Below are positions 8,936-19,013 of a stretch of DNA of 27,857 nucleotides, piece by piece. Under the pieces are notes generated by a model. The model was given only the letters and a program-made list of their open reading frames with translations. It had not been told where the DNA came from and ran no database searches. This DNA comes from Candidatus Heimdallarchaeota archaeon (GTDB taxonomy: Archaea; Asgardarchaeota; Heimdallarchaeia; Heimdallarchaeales; Heimdallarchaeaceae): positions 1-27,857 of the forward strand of contig DAOVER010000039.1 of assembly GCA_030668875.1 (NCBI GenBank), in the 5' to 3' direction. Made by a program: the position numbers and the translations under genes. How positions within the stretch are numbered: the first letter of the stretch is position 1; every line of letters starts with the position of its first letter.

Positions 8936-10730
8936 AGACAGTGATTTAGACCCAATTAATGGTATCGTTACTGGAAATGGTTCTGAATCTGACCCTTATG
9001 TTATAGAGAATTATAAAATAGAAAATACAGACAATGTTGGTGTTTATATCCAAGATACTTCGGTTAGTTTTATCATAAGAAATTGTTACATTGATACTGA
9101 AAATTGGGGGCTTTATATCCTTGGTACTTACTCTGGTAAACTTACAATTTACAATAATGTGATCGTTAACCATGATTCAGAAGGAATACTTATCTATCGT
9201 TATCCAGGCTGTGAAATATTCAATAATACTGTTCAATACAATCATCAAGGTGGTATAGATATTCATGATTCTAGTTACAGCTCAATTTACAATAATACTT
9301 GCAAGAGTAACCTTGCTGATGGTATTTCTACATCAACTTCAGATAATGTCTTAGTTGAAAATAATACTTGTAATTATAATAATTGGGGAATTTCTACTTG
9401 GTTTAGTGAAAACAGTATTGTCAAAGAAAATTATTGTTACAGCAATACTTTTGATGGTATAAGAGTTATTAGCGGAGTTAATATAAGTATCATCTCAAAT
9501 GAGGTTCTAGCTACATCTGTTTATGGTATTAGCATAGAATCTGATTCAATAAATAATACTATACATCATAATGATATTATTGACAATGGGGGAACTTCAT
9601 CTCAAGGATTTGATGAAGGAATAGGAAATATTTGGTATGATAATCTCACTTTGGAAGGTAACCTGTGGAGCGATTGGACGGGAGGATATTACTACCTTGA
9701 TGGATCGGCAGGATCTTATGATATGTATCCATTAGTCAATTTAGACTCTCTTGATTTCATACAGATTCATTCTGATGTTGGATTCAAAACCTTAAATCTC
9801 GAAGGTGATGGAACAGAGTTGCAACCATATATCCTTGAAGATCTTGTAATTGATACAAATAATTTAATTGGAATATCAGTTAAAGGGACAACGAAACATT
9901 TTATCATACAAAACTGCACTATAAGTAGTAGTGGAACAGGAATATCCTTACGAAACATTTTAAATGGTACAGCTACGATTCACAACAATTCTTTGATTAA
10001 CAACGATGACTATGGAATATATCTTGACAATTCTTCATCAACTTTGATTTCTCATAATTATTGTAATAATAGTTTTTATGGTGGAATCCATGTTCAACTT
10101 TCAAATTCCTGTGAAATATTAAATAACGTCTGCGAGGAAATGTATTGGGAAGGAATAAACACCTTGTATACAGATGGGAATACAATTATAGGAGACAATA
10201 TCTGTAGAAATTGCTCTACTGGGATATTAGTCTTTTATTCAAGTGAGGCCTCTATATTTAACAACACTAATCATTACAACATACATAATGGAATAGAAAT
10301 ATGGAGAAGTACTAATTCTACCTTGTATGAGAATAATTGCAGTTTTAGTTTTGCGGGAATACGATTTACTGAATCTAACCAATCTCTAATAAGTTATAAT
10401 TACTTAACTCAAAATCACTGTGGATTGTATCTTAGTATTGGTTCTTATAGTAATATCATACACCATAATCATTTCATAGACAATTCTGGTTTTCAAGCTA
10501 GAGATGAAGGAACGGGAAATATCTGGTATGATATAACAACTAGCGAGGGCAACTGGTGGTGTGATTGGACCGGAGGAGAATATCTGATAATAGGCTTAGC
10601 AGGTTCAGTAGATCTTTTCCCATTAGGAACTCCTGTCATTTCAGAGTTTTTAACTTCTTATAGTTTTATTCTGCTCTTTGCTCAATTATCAATGGCCATG
10701 GTAATCTTGTGGATTAAAAAGAGAAGATAA
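8748..10730 (+). CDS. Beta-helix surface protein B1 with two tandem beta-helix modules, 660 aa
   Basis: Each module runs from a GxGxxxxPYxxE cap to an EGNxWxDWTGG...DxxPL cap; the C-terminus is VISEF, TM helix, KKRR. The start was moved from 8583 to ATG 8748 because it precedes the signal peptide and is conserved with the paralogue at 11991. Confidence 0.88.
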   Translation: MRRMFFRKKNKLIFLGLIFALSLLTVSNLNLISFGVHAKVSVDHTEFSFDYIERGSISIIGDADSDLDPINGIVTGNGSESDPYVIENYKIENTDNVGVYIQDTSVSFIIRNCYIDTENWGLYILGTYSGKLTIYNNVIVNHDSEGILIYRYPGCEIFNNTVQYNHQGGIDIHDSSYSSIYNNTCKSNLADGISTSTSDNVLVENNTCNYNNWGISTWFSENSIVKENYCYSNTFDGIRVISGVNISIISNEVLATSVYGISIESDSINNTIHHNDIIDNGGTSSQGFDEGIGNIWYDNLTLEGNLWSDWTGGYYYLDGSAGSYDMYPLVNLDSLDFIQIHSDVGFKTLNLEGDGTELQPYILEDLVIDTNNLIGISVKGTTKHFIIQNCTISSSGTGISLRNILNGTATIHNNSLINNDDYGIYLDNSSSTLISHNYCNNSFYGGIHVQLSNSCEILNNVCEEMYWEGINTLYTDGNTIIGDNICRNCSTGILVFYSSEASIFNNTNHYNIHNGIEIWRSTNSTLYENNCSFSFAGIRFTESNQSLISYNYLTQNHCGLYLSIGSYSNIIHHNHFIDNSGFQARDEGTGNIWYDITTSEGNWWCDWTGGEYLIIGLAGSVDLFPLGTPVISEFLTSYSFILLFAQLSMAMVILWIKKRR

Positions 10731-10998
10731 TTTCTTCTCTTTTCTTCTCTTTGGTTAAATATTAAATAAACTATTTTCTTTTTCCTCTAGTCATTATCTC
10801 ATTATATTTATTATGTTATTCTAATCAGAATATTTACAAATTTAGAGGATTAATCTTTCAGCGAAGAATAATCTCTCTCTGTATAGGAAATCATCTTTTG
10901 TGAAAAACCTTAAAGCTGTTTTGATAAATTAAAGGGTAATATTAAGTAAACTGTAACGAATAATATAAATACGTATTACTTATAATTAGGGATTGAAC

Positions 10999-11841
10999 AT
11001 GAAACGAGTATCAAACCACTCTAGAACATTAGTTAGAGGACTATTCTATATCACAATTATGCTTTTAGGATTAAGTATATTACCAATAATGAATACTAAT
11101 TCAGCTATTGAATCAAATAATCTTCAAGTTAGTTTCTCATTGACACCACATGATCCAATATCAATTCTTTGTGATAGTGATTTTGGTCCTTCAAAATATA
11201 ACTTTCCTGGATCTGGAACAGAAAAAGATCCTTATATTATTACAGGATATAGGATTACAACAACTATCGCCTCTGGTATTCATATTTCTGATACAACGAA
11301 ATATTTCACTATTCGTAACTGCAATGTTAACACAAACTATTCTGGAATTTATATCGATGATGTAACTGATGGTACAGCAACTGTCATTAACAACATATGC
11401 AACAATAACAACATAGGCATCTCTCTTGAGAATTCTGATTTTTGTGTCATTACTTACAATCTTCTAGAAGAAAATAAACACTTTGGAGTATTCTTAGATC
11501 CCGATTCTGATGATAGTATCATTCACCATAATAACTTTGTAGCTAATAATCTTGGTTGTGTTTTTGGTATTACTTCCCAAGCGTGTGATCATGGAACAAC
11601 TAATACTTGGTATGATACTGAAACACTCGAAGGTAACTATTGGGATAATTGGTCAGGAACAGGAAGCTATTCAATTGGGGGTGAGGCTGGTGCTAGTGAT
11701 CCTTTTCCTCAAAATGAATTATTGAACCCTCCAATTACAGAACCCAGTAATAATACTGACGTGCAAATCTTAGTGCTTATACTCAGTCTAGCAATAGTTC
11801 CTTTATCTATTATAACTAGGAAGCGAGTAAAAAACAAATGA
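10999..11841 (+). CDS. Short beta-helix surface protein A2, paralogue of A1
   Basis: LSLTPHxPISIxxDSDFGPSKYN is shared with A1, with an identical 30-mer at 6648-6677 and 11172-11201. It has few repeat turns, no Ig domain, a TM helix and RKRVKNK. Confidence 0.88.
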   Translation: MKRVSNHSRTLVRGLFYITIMLLGLSILPIMNTNSAIESNNLQVSFSLTPHDPISILCDSDFGPSKYNFPGSGTEKDPYIITGYRITTTIASGIHISDTTKYFTIRNCNVNTNYSGIYIDDVTDGTATVINNICNNNNIGISLENSDFCVITYNLLEENKHFGVFLDPDSDDSIIHHNNFVANNLGCVFGITSQACDHGTTNTWYDTETLEGNYWDNWSGTGSYSIGGEAGASDPFPQNELLNPPITEPSNNTDVQILVLILSLAIVPLSIITRKRVKNK

Positions 11842-11990
11842 ACTATTTCTTCTTAACCACTTATCAGTAAGACAATCTCTTCTGTAGTAGACCAAAATTG
11901 CTTATTGATTCTTATTCCATGTTAGCTTAAGACTAATATTCTAAAATGCAAATGTGAATATTTATATTGAAGTTTACTATTTATACTAGT

Positions 11991-12254
11991 ATGTGGAGGA
12001 TGTTTTTTAGAAAAAATAATAAGCTGATATTTTTGGGTTTGATTTTTACATTATCTATACTCGTTGGCTCTAATTTGAATTTGATGTCTTTTGGAATTCA
12101 TGCTCAAGTATCTGTTGATCATACTTCTTTTTCTTTTGATTACATAGAACGTGGTTCTATATCCATTACTTCTGATAGTGAACTTGAAGTTTTTCTTCAG
12201 CTTATGTTCTTTAAGTTCTTATATCTCAAGAATACTCATATAGTCATAAGCTAA
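11991..12254 (+). pseudogene. Truncated paralogue B2 of B1 (leader only)
   Basis: Matches B1 through FSFDYIERGSISI, continues TSDSELEVF, then runs into unrelated sequence before the GxG...DPY cap. Confidence 0.8.
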
Positions 12255-12381
12255 GCAGAAATTGGTTATAAATCCTTTATTCTCACTACACGTGATTGTA
12301 CAGGAGTCTGGCACTATTCTAATATTTAAAAACTATTCTGCATATTTAGATTTGAGATGAATAAGAAAGGTTGATTTAAAT

Positions 12382-12702
12382 ATGATACCAAAATGGATTG
12401 CAGAATGGATTGAAAAGGATCGTCTCGTTCGTAATAAATATAAAATAAGTCATAAGTATGTTAGAAGTTCAAAGAAGATACAAAAGACGCATGAAGAGAT
12501 TGATGACAAAGGAAATATTATTTCTTTTACTTATATGGTTCTTTCTTCAAAATATGGCAAATATTGGGTGAAATACAATGAAGGATTATATTCATGTAAT
12601 TGTCCTTTCTTTAAACAAAGGGGCATCTGTTCGCATATTTTTGGCGTTTGTCAAAAAAACAATATCTGGCCAAAGAAAGAAAAACTATTTCCAACTGAAT
12701 AA
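12382..12702 (+). CDS. Small SWIM zinc-finger protein
   Basis: SWIM motif CxC-xn-CxH: YSCNCPFFKQRGICSHIFGV. Confidence 0.8.
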   Translation: MIPKWIAEWIEKDRLVRNKYKISHKYVRSSKKIQKTHEEIDDKGNIISFTYMVLSSKYGKYWVKYNEGLYSCNCPFFKQRGICSHIFGVCQKNNIWPKKEKLFPTE

Positions 12703-12963
12703 TTGTTCGAGAATTAAATTACAATTGAACCCTATGTGATTGACAAAAATAAGATTGAATTGTGACTATTTGATGTTCTCAGTATTTGAAATCTTCCCGA
12801 TTTGATTTTATGTAACAATTAAGTGACGTAATTTTTTTTAGTAACCTTTAGAATCACTGCTCAATTGTGTGAAATTATTCCTTTGTATTCTCAAACTAAT
12901 GTTGATACTCAAATAAAAACAATTATTGAACCATTTCAAGAGTTACTAGAAAAAGAACGCTAG
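12703..12963 (+). pseudogene. Decayed gene relic
   Basis: Protein-like frames broken by stops (ITIEPYVIDKNKIEL*LFDVLSI*NLPDL; RITAQLCEIIPLYSQTNVDTQIKTIIEPFQELLEKER*). Confidence 0.3.
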
Positions 12964-12986
12964 AAAATTGAAAGAAGAAGGAGTTT

Positions 12987-15173
12987 TTACTCCTTTTTTA
13001 AAATCACCATTATTTGAGTGATACTTCCAATTATAGGGAGATAATCATGCATCCACGTAGGAATAGGTGGAGGATCTGTATCTAGCATATCATGCCATGC
13101 TTCATCTGTCAATCTATCTACCATTGGATGTTTGAATTCATAATAAGAGAAGGTTCCTCCTCTAGCAATTCTTAGATCACCGTTATGATCTTGTACAATC
13201 ACGTATAAGACATAAGGATCACCTGATCCTTCTTCTAATACTTGACCTGAATTTGGATCTGTATGAACATCTGCTATGACTGCCATCCTATCATCAGTTT
13301 CACTTACCCAGTCTTCTACATCAGGATCATTATAGGAAGCTATATCAGCAATATTTGAACCAGCATAGTGAATGAAGCTTATATCAGTTTCATTCAAAGG
13401 CTGATTTTCAAGTTCTTGGATACTAATTGTCACTAGTTTGTCGAATATCTCTGCCAAACTTGTTAATTTATCATAAAATTGCTGGTTTAGCAAATTTCTA
13501 TCATTTAAGCCATTAAACATTAATCTTACTAGACCTGCTAATCTTGCATATACTTCTGGATAGGGTTCGACATATCCTTTTTTCATGGGTGGAATAGATG
13601 TGTAACCTGCATAGGATTGCTTTGCATAGAGAATGGTATCATGTCTTAATTCAGTCCATGAACCTAGAGCCGTCATCAATGCTTTATCTGTCCAAGCATC
13701 ACTGAGCATGAACCCAGGATAACCTTCCTTTGCTGGTTGGAGTAATGGAAATAATGTATATAGCCATAACCAATAGAGATTTTGAGTCCAATCATAGTCT
13801 GTTAGATTTCCAAATTCCTTTCGTAATTTCAGTATTTGATCACTATAACCTAGATAAGTTTCGTTATCTGGTTGCATATGAAAAGCTGCTCTAGGGCTAC
13901 CGAATACAGAAAAAACATCAAGTCCTGATGGAAACATTCTCTGAAAAACTTTATTGTGAACTAATTGTTGAAAGATATAAGAATCAGGAATGAATCTCTG
14001 ACCCATCAAACGAAAACCTTGGGTGACATTTTCAGGTTCAAAAGCATCATAGATGAACATTGAATTGATTTGAGGTTTCCTATATGTTTTTGCTCTTTCA
14101 ATAATATCTACTATTACAGCTTCTTCTGCTAGTTCATCTCCTTCTGGAGCACCCTGTTCTTGCCAGATTTGGTAATATTCTCCTGCTGTTAAATCATCGC
14201 TAGCACCAACATAGAAAACTGTTGGCTCATAGACTTTATCGAATAAATCCCAGACAGTTTCAGAAGTAACGGTTTCATTAAAGCTGGTAATTAGAAGTAA
14301 AGCCATTCTAGTATGTTCAATCCCCATAGAGAGATCACCTGTTGGACTTTGTAGTAGAAAACTGATTCTTCCTGCATACATCATGGCTTTGAAATAATTG
14401 CTTAAGATTTCATTTCTAGTATAATGGCCTCTTACTTTATATTGTGTAAAATCTTCATCGTAACCAAAAATTGCTGATTCTGTAGGAACCACATTTTCAA
14501 TATTGGCTAATTCAAGATTAGTTAATACTTCTACTTCTGTGGGAATAGTATTAGTGCTATTAAGTAAATAGAGCATAACAGACAAATAAGCAATATTTCT
14601 GGTTAAAGCATCCTGAACAATTGCTTCTGTTACGGTTGTATTAAGAGATATTTGAGAATTTCTTAAAGCTATAAGCATCTGTTCAAAATCATAGAAGAAA
14701 TTTTCACCCTCAAGAACTCTTAAGCTAATGTCGTAAAGAACATGATAAGCATGTAAACAAATATCAGTTGTGACAAGTTTGGGGTTTCCATCATAAGTGG
14801 TGTCATAAATATCATAGATATTTTCATATCCTTCATCAACAAGAGCAAAACCATAAATTTCTAGAAGATTTTTAATTTCACTAGTTAATTGGACTCCTTG
14901 TAAATCAACGTTTGCTAAGTTCACACTTATTTTTGTAGGATTTATTGAAGGTGAATATTCAAGTGACAATGCATTATATGTTCCAAAAGAAGTATGAACG
15001 GGATTTACAATGTTATGAGTAGAAGCGGTTCCTTGTATAAGATCTTCATAATCCCAATTTATCTCTGGAACATTAAATAGAGGAGGAATAAAAATAATTA
15101 GATTCGCAACTATAGCAATTGTCATTACTATCCCTACTCCCCAAAAGACCATTTTCTTTGTAATCATTACCAT
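12987..15173 (-). CDS. DUF3160 family protein with an N-terminal membrane anchor
   Basis: Motifs GFRLMGQRFIPDSYIFQQLV, SWTELRHDTILYAKQSY, GYVEPYPEVY, IADVHTDPN and RGGTFSYYEF. The start is placed at MVMITKK ahead of the TM helix (the track starts at 15218). Confidence 0.88.
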   Translation of the reverse strand: MVMITKKMVFWGVGIVMTIAIVANLIIFIPPLFNVPEINWDYEDLIQGTASTHNIVNPVHTSFGTYNALSLEYSPSINPTKISVNLANVDLQGVQLTSEIKNLLEIYGFALVDEGYENIYDIYDTTYDGNPKLVTTDICLHAYHVLYDISLRVLEGENFFYDFEQMLIALRNSQISLNTTVTEAIVQDALTRNIAYLSVMLYLLNSTNTIPTEVEVLTNLELANIENVVPTESAIFGYDEDFTQYKVRGHYTRNEILSNYFKAMMYAGRISFLLQSPTGDLSMGIEHTRMALLLITSFNETVTSETVWDLFDKVYEPTVFYVGASDDLTAGEYYQIWQEQGAPEGDELAEEAVIVDIIERAKTYRKPQINSMFIYDAFEPENVTQGFRLMGQRFIPDSYIFQQLVHNKVFQRMFPSGLDVFSVFGSPRAAFHMQPDNETYLGYSDQILKLRKEFGNLTDYDWTQNLYWLWLYTLFPLLQPAKEGYPGFMLSDAWTDKALMTALGSWTELRHDTILYAKQSYAGYTSIPPMKKGYVEPYPEVYARLAGLVRLMFNGLNDRNLLNQQFYDKLTSLAEIFDKLVTISIQELENQPLNETDISFIHYAGSNIADIASYNDPDVEDWVSETDDRMAVIADVHTDPNSGQVLEEGSGDPYVLYVIVQDHNGDLRIARGGTFSYYEFKHPMVDRLTDEAWHDMLDTDPPPIPTWMHDYLPIIGSITQIMVILKKE

Positions 15174-15330
15174 TGAAAAGACCATTCCATTAACAGATTT
15201 TATCAAAGTAACTTTCACAAAAGGAATATATAATTATTACGTATATATGCTGAAAAAACAAGAGGTACTCAATCATTTAGGAAAAATTTATTTAGATAAG
15301 CATATCGTTTACTGTTTGAGAGTGTACAGA

Positions 15331-16243
15331 ATGATTAATGATAATACACTTGATTTTGGTGTTATAACAGTACAAAATGCTCCTTGGGAAAAACTTGTTG
15401 AACGTTGGAAGTTCATAGAAGAAGCGGGTTTTGATAGTGTTTGGGTTGCAGATCACTTTGCTCATTGGATAAAGAAAACAATGACCTTTTTTGAAGCTTG
15501 GTCGACCTTATCTGGTCTAGCATGCGAAACTTCTAGAATCAGAATTGGGACCTTAGTTTCAGCTATCCATTAGCGTCATCCTGCATGGTTAGCTAAACAA
15601 GCACTTACAATTGATCACATCAAATGGCAGATTAGAACTTGGTCTAGGATCTGGTGGTAGTAGTAAGATTGAATATTCAATGACTGGTATCGAAGAATTG
15701 AGACCAGGTGAGAAGGTAAAACGATTTCGCGAATATGTGGAGATTGTTGATCAACTTCTCAGAAATGCTGTTACAACTTATCATGGAAAATACTACCAAC
15801 TTGAAGAAGCAACGATGCAACCTGATACAATACAGAAACCCCGACCTCCAATAACCATAGGGGCACACAGACCCAAAATGTTGAAGCTTGTTGCTCGTTA
15901 TGCTGATACTTGGAATACCTTGGGTGATATCACACCAATAGAAGAGACCATCGAAAAACTCCGAAAACAGAATGATTTATTAAATGAATATTGCAAAGAA
16001 ATTGGTCGTGATCCACGAACACTTCGAAGATCTTTCGGGATATATGAACGAGAAGCAGCAAATAATTTAAGTCCCATGAGACTTTTTAAATCTCCAGAGA
16101 TACTCAAAGAGGTAGTAAAACAATGTAATGATGTAGGATTCAATGAAATACTTATACCTTACCCATTAGTTAAAGATGAAATCCCTGATTTTGAGCAAAT
16201 AGCACAAGAAGTAGTTCCTGAACTTAGAAAATTATATTCATAA
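15331..16243 (+). pseudogene. LLM-class flavin-dependent oxidoreductase (luciferase-like), disrupted
   Basis: AGFDSVWVADHF, RIRIGTLVS, RHPAWLAKQALTIDH, NGRLELGLGSG and PITIGAHRPKMLKLVARYADTWN motifs. There is an in-frame TAG at 15571-15573 and a frameshift near 15619-15622. Confidence 0.85.
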
Positions 16244-16359
16244 TACTTTGTGTGAATATCCTCTTAAAAACAAAAGAAAGAGAGCTATCTCCCAGTGTAA
16301 AGATTTTATCCAAGTTTGTAGAGAAGGATCTTAGTTAGTATTTGCTTTAATATCAAAAA

Positions 16360-16605
16360 TCAATAATTTGAATTAATAGTATCAGATAATTTTTCATTTC
16401 TTGTTTTCATATATCCTGTTTCAAGAACATTTTCAAATAATGCATCTAGATTTTCTCTTTTTACTGGAGAACATATTGGACAGTATGCATTACAGTAACT
16501 TCCATGATTTACGACATCTTCCAAATACTGATGATTTGAGTAATAAGGGAACTTACATTCCCAGGTTTCTCCACATTGTTCACATTCATGTTTGCATTTT
16601 AACAT
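16360..16605 (-). CDS. Small Cys/His-rich putative zinc-binding protein
   Basis: CKHECEQCGETWEC...HGSYCNAYCPIC; an AGGTGA RBS-like motif lies upstream. Confidence 0.6.
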   Translation of the reverse strand: MLKCKHECEQCGETWECKFPYYSNHQYLEDVVNHGSYCNAYCPICSPVKRENLDALFENVLETGYMKTRNEKLSDTINSNY

Positions 16606-16982
16606 TTTTTCACCTATTCTATTTTCTTGCTAAATTACCGCATCATAAACAACTTCGAATGATTTTCCTACTTCTCTTGATCTTCTTGACCAGAGCAAAT
16701 AATTGCTTCGTAAAGCTTCTAAAAACGTTATGATGCAAATCATAACTAGCCAAGTTTTAACGTTATTTCGTTAATATTTATGATATTTTGTACACATTAC
16801 TATAGGTTTGAATATTTAAATATGTTTTCATTAAAAGATTCAGTTCAAAATCAGTCCAAATCTAAGTAGAATGCTTTAGCAAACCCTATAGGCGGGTAGA
16901 CAGGGAGATGTAGTGAGATTTCTGTTTTTCTAGGTAATTCTGCAAAATCCTTAAATTTTATAATATAATCTAGTAAAACAAG

Positions 16983-18929
16983 GTGTCATCGAGAAATTTT
17001 CTTTGTATAATGATAATTTTATCAGTATTTTCCTCTTCTTACATGAACCTAAGCACTGTTTCTTCATACGAATTAGAAAACATTCACCTCACTCTTATTT
17101 GTAATGCTGGTGGTGTTCTTCCTTCATATATTTACGGAGCAGCAAATTATCTAGAAGACTTAGGTTTGAATGTTAAAGTTGAAAACCTAGAATGGAGTGT
17201 GTTTATTTCACGGTTGTTAACTACAAGTGATTATGATTTAGCCTTTTTAGGCTTTTCTGGAGGGGGATACAGCCCAGATATGAGAGATATTTATACTGAA
17301 AATGGTTCGTTGAATATATTTGGTTTAGATAATAGTATTCCTTACGTTCAAACAAGCGAAGATATGCAAAATGAAGCTGTTACTGAAGTGAATTTAGTTA
17401 CTAGACAGCAAATGTATTTCGATTGGCAAAATATGTTTATGGATAAAATCGTTCCAATGTTGCCTTTTTACAGTTATTTAAAATATCAAGCTAGCTGGTC
17501 AAATCTAGTGGGTTATAACTCTTCTTGGGGAATTGTCGATTGCTTACCTTATATGCACTTTGTTTCTCTACATGAGAATCAGTCGTCAATCTCAGAATTT
17601 AACTTGGCTGATGCTGCCTGGAGAGATTTGAACCCACTACAAACAGACGATACATCCAGCTCTTTCATATACAACTTAATTTCTGAACCAGTTGTAGGAT
17701 GGTCACAGGAGATGAAGCCAGTTAAAAATGCTTTAGTTAAAGAATGGCTTCCTATCGATGAGTATCATTACAGATTTACTTTAAGAGACAATATATTTTG
17801 GAACCCTTCATATAATATATCATTTAGAAACGAGACATCCCCTCCATTAGATCCTTTAACAACTCCTTTGCTTACAGGTTTAAAAGAGGGTTTTGTTAGT
17901 GATGGTACCAATCTAAAGGTTACAGCTAAAGATGCAGTTTTTACTCTCCTTGCTGCTGGGAATGATTTAGTTAGTAATGATATCTACAAACATGATTGGA
18001 TCGCAGATTGTTATGTTGATCCAATAGATGAGTACTCTTTTCATATATTAGTTGATGGTGATTCCACCACTCTTGAACTAGAAAAGTATGTTGATTTCTG
18101 GTATAAGTTATCAACAAACATTTTGCCAGAGTTTTTCTTAAATTCGACTGATTCAACTGTCAGCTATACTTCTGGTGGAGTAGAATGTATTGGTCTATAT
18201 GAGGGGATTCAAAATACAACCGAATGGAAGTCATTTAGCTACTCTCCTTTTTCTTGTGGCAAATACATGCTTGATTTTCATATAAACGATTCAATAACAG
18301 TTTTACGAGCAAGCCCATATTGGTTTGGTAAGGGGCTCATAGATGGAACATCTCAAGTTTTAGATCTCGATACAATTAATATTCACATAATACCTGATAT
18401 TTCTGCTGAACTATCTTTATTCAAGGATGGATATCTTGATTGGACGAGTTTAACTGCTTTTCCTACAGAAAGAAAATTGATGCAAAAAGATTCAAGATTT
18501 GATGTACAATCCACCCTATCTGGTAGCTTCACTTTTCTTGCTTTCAATATTCAAAAATCATTTATAGGCGGCTCAAATAATGATAAATTTCTTACATTAG
18601 AAGGAAAAACTGAGTATACTAAAGGAGCTGCGATTCGCAAAGCACTCTGTTATTCCATTGATCGTGTCGAAATGAATAATCAGTTCAGTGATGGAGAATA
18701 TTTTATTACAGATAGTCCAATGTATCCAATTACAAAATTCTACTACAATGATGATATTGTCAAATATGATTATAACCTAACACTAGCTGAAGAATGGTTA
18801 TCTGCAGCACTAGATCCTATTCAAACAAGTACACCATATCCTAATTTAATCCAAATCTCAGTAGTTTTATTGATGATATGTTATGTAATAAAAAATAAAG
18901 AAAAAAGGAAACTTTCAGCTCAAAATTGA
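16983..18929 (+). CDS. Family-5 (OppA/DppA/NikA-like) solute-binding protein, apparently circularly permuted, with a C-terminal TM anchor
   Basis: YLEDLGLNVKV, DYDLAFLG, RQQMYFDWQ...VPMLPFY, LNPLQTDD, WLPIDEYHYRFTLRD, TAKDAVFT, CGKYML, RKALCYSIDR and YDYNLTLAEEWL motifs. Confidence 0.85.
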   Translation: MSSRNFLCIMIILSVFSSSYMNLSTVSSYELENIHLTLICNAGGVLPSYIYGAANYLEDLGLNVKVENLEWSVFISRLLTTSDYDLAFLGFSGGGYSPDMRDIYTENGSLNIFGLDNSIPYVQTSEDMQNEAVTEVNLVTRQQMYFDWQNMFMDKIVPMLPFYSYLKYQASWSNLVGYNSSWGIVDCLPYMHFVSLHENQSSISEFNLADAAWRDLNPLQTDDTSSSFIYNLISEPVVGWSQEMKPVKNALVKEWLPIDEYHYRFTLRDNIFWNPSYNISFRNETSPPLDPLTTPLLTGLKEGFVSDGTNLKVTAKDAVFTLLAAGNDLVSNDIYKHDWIADCYVDPIDEYSFHILVDGDSTTLELEKYVDFWYKLSTNILPEFFLNSTDSTVSYTSGGVECIGLYEGIQNTTEWKSFSYSPFSCGKYMLDFHINDSITVLRASPYWFGKGLIDGTSQVLDLDTINIHIIPDISAELSLFKDGYLDWTSLTAFPTERKLMQKDSRFDVQSTLSGSFTFLAFNIQKSFIGGSNNDKFLTLEGKTEYTKGAAIRKALCYSIDRVEMNNQFSDGEYFITDSPMYPITKFYYNDDIVKYDYNLTLAEEWLSAALDPIQTSTPYPNLIQISVVLLMICYVIKNKEKRKLSAQN

Positions 18930-19013
18930 GTTATATCTTAATTAACAAAACATGAAGTTTGTAGCAAGTACTAATAGCTTTTTAAATTTGTAATTCTTTC
19001 CTAGTTTGTTAAA

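Noticed and set aside
6626-11365. Mutually similar ORFs 6626-6967 and 11150-11365
   Set aside because: They are alternate frames inside paralogues A1 and A2, so the similarity just reflects the DNA duplication.
390-11841. Calling the beta-helix proteins NosD or pectate lyase
   Set aside because: Only the fold is shared; there is no nos operon and no identifiable lyase catalytic residues.
390-11841. High density of N-x-S/T sequons as evidence of heavy glycosylation
   Set aside because: It is confounded by the Asn ladders intrinsic to beta-helices and cannot be separated by eye.
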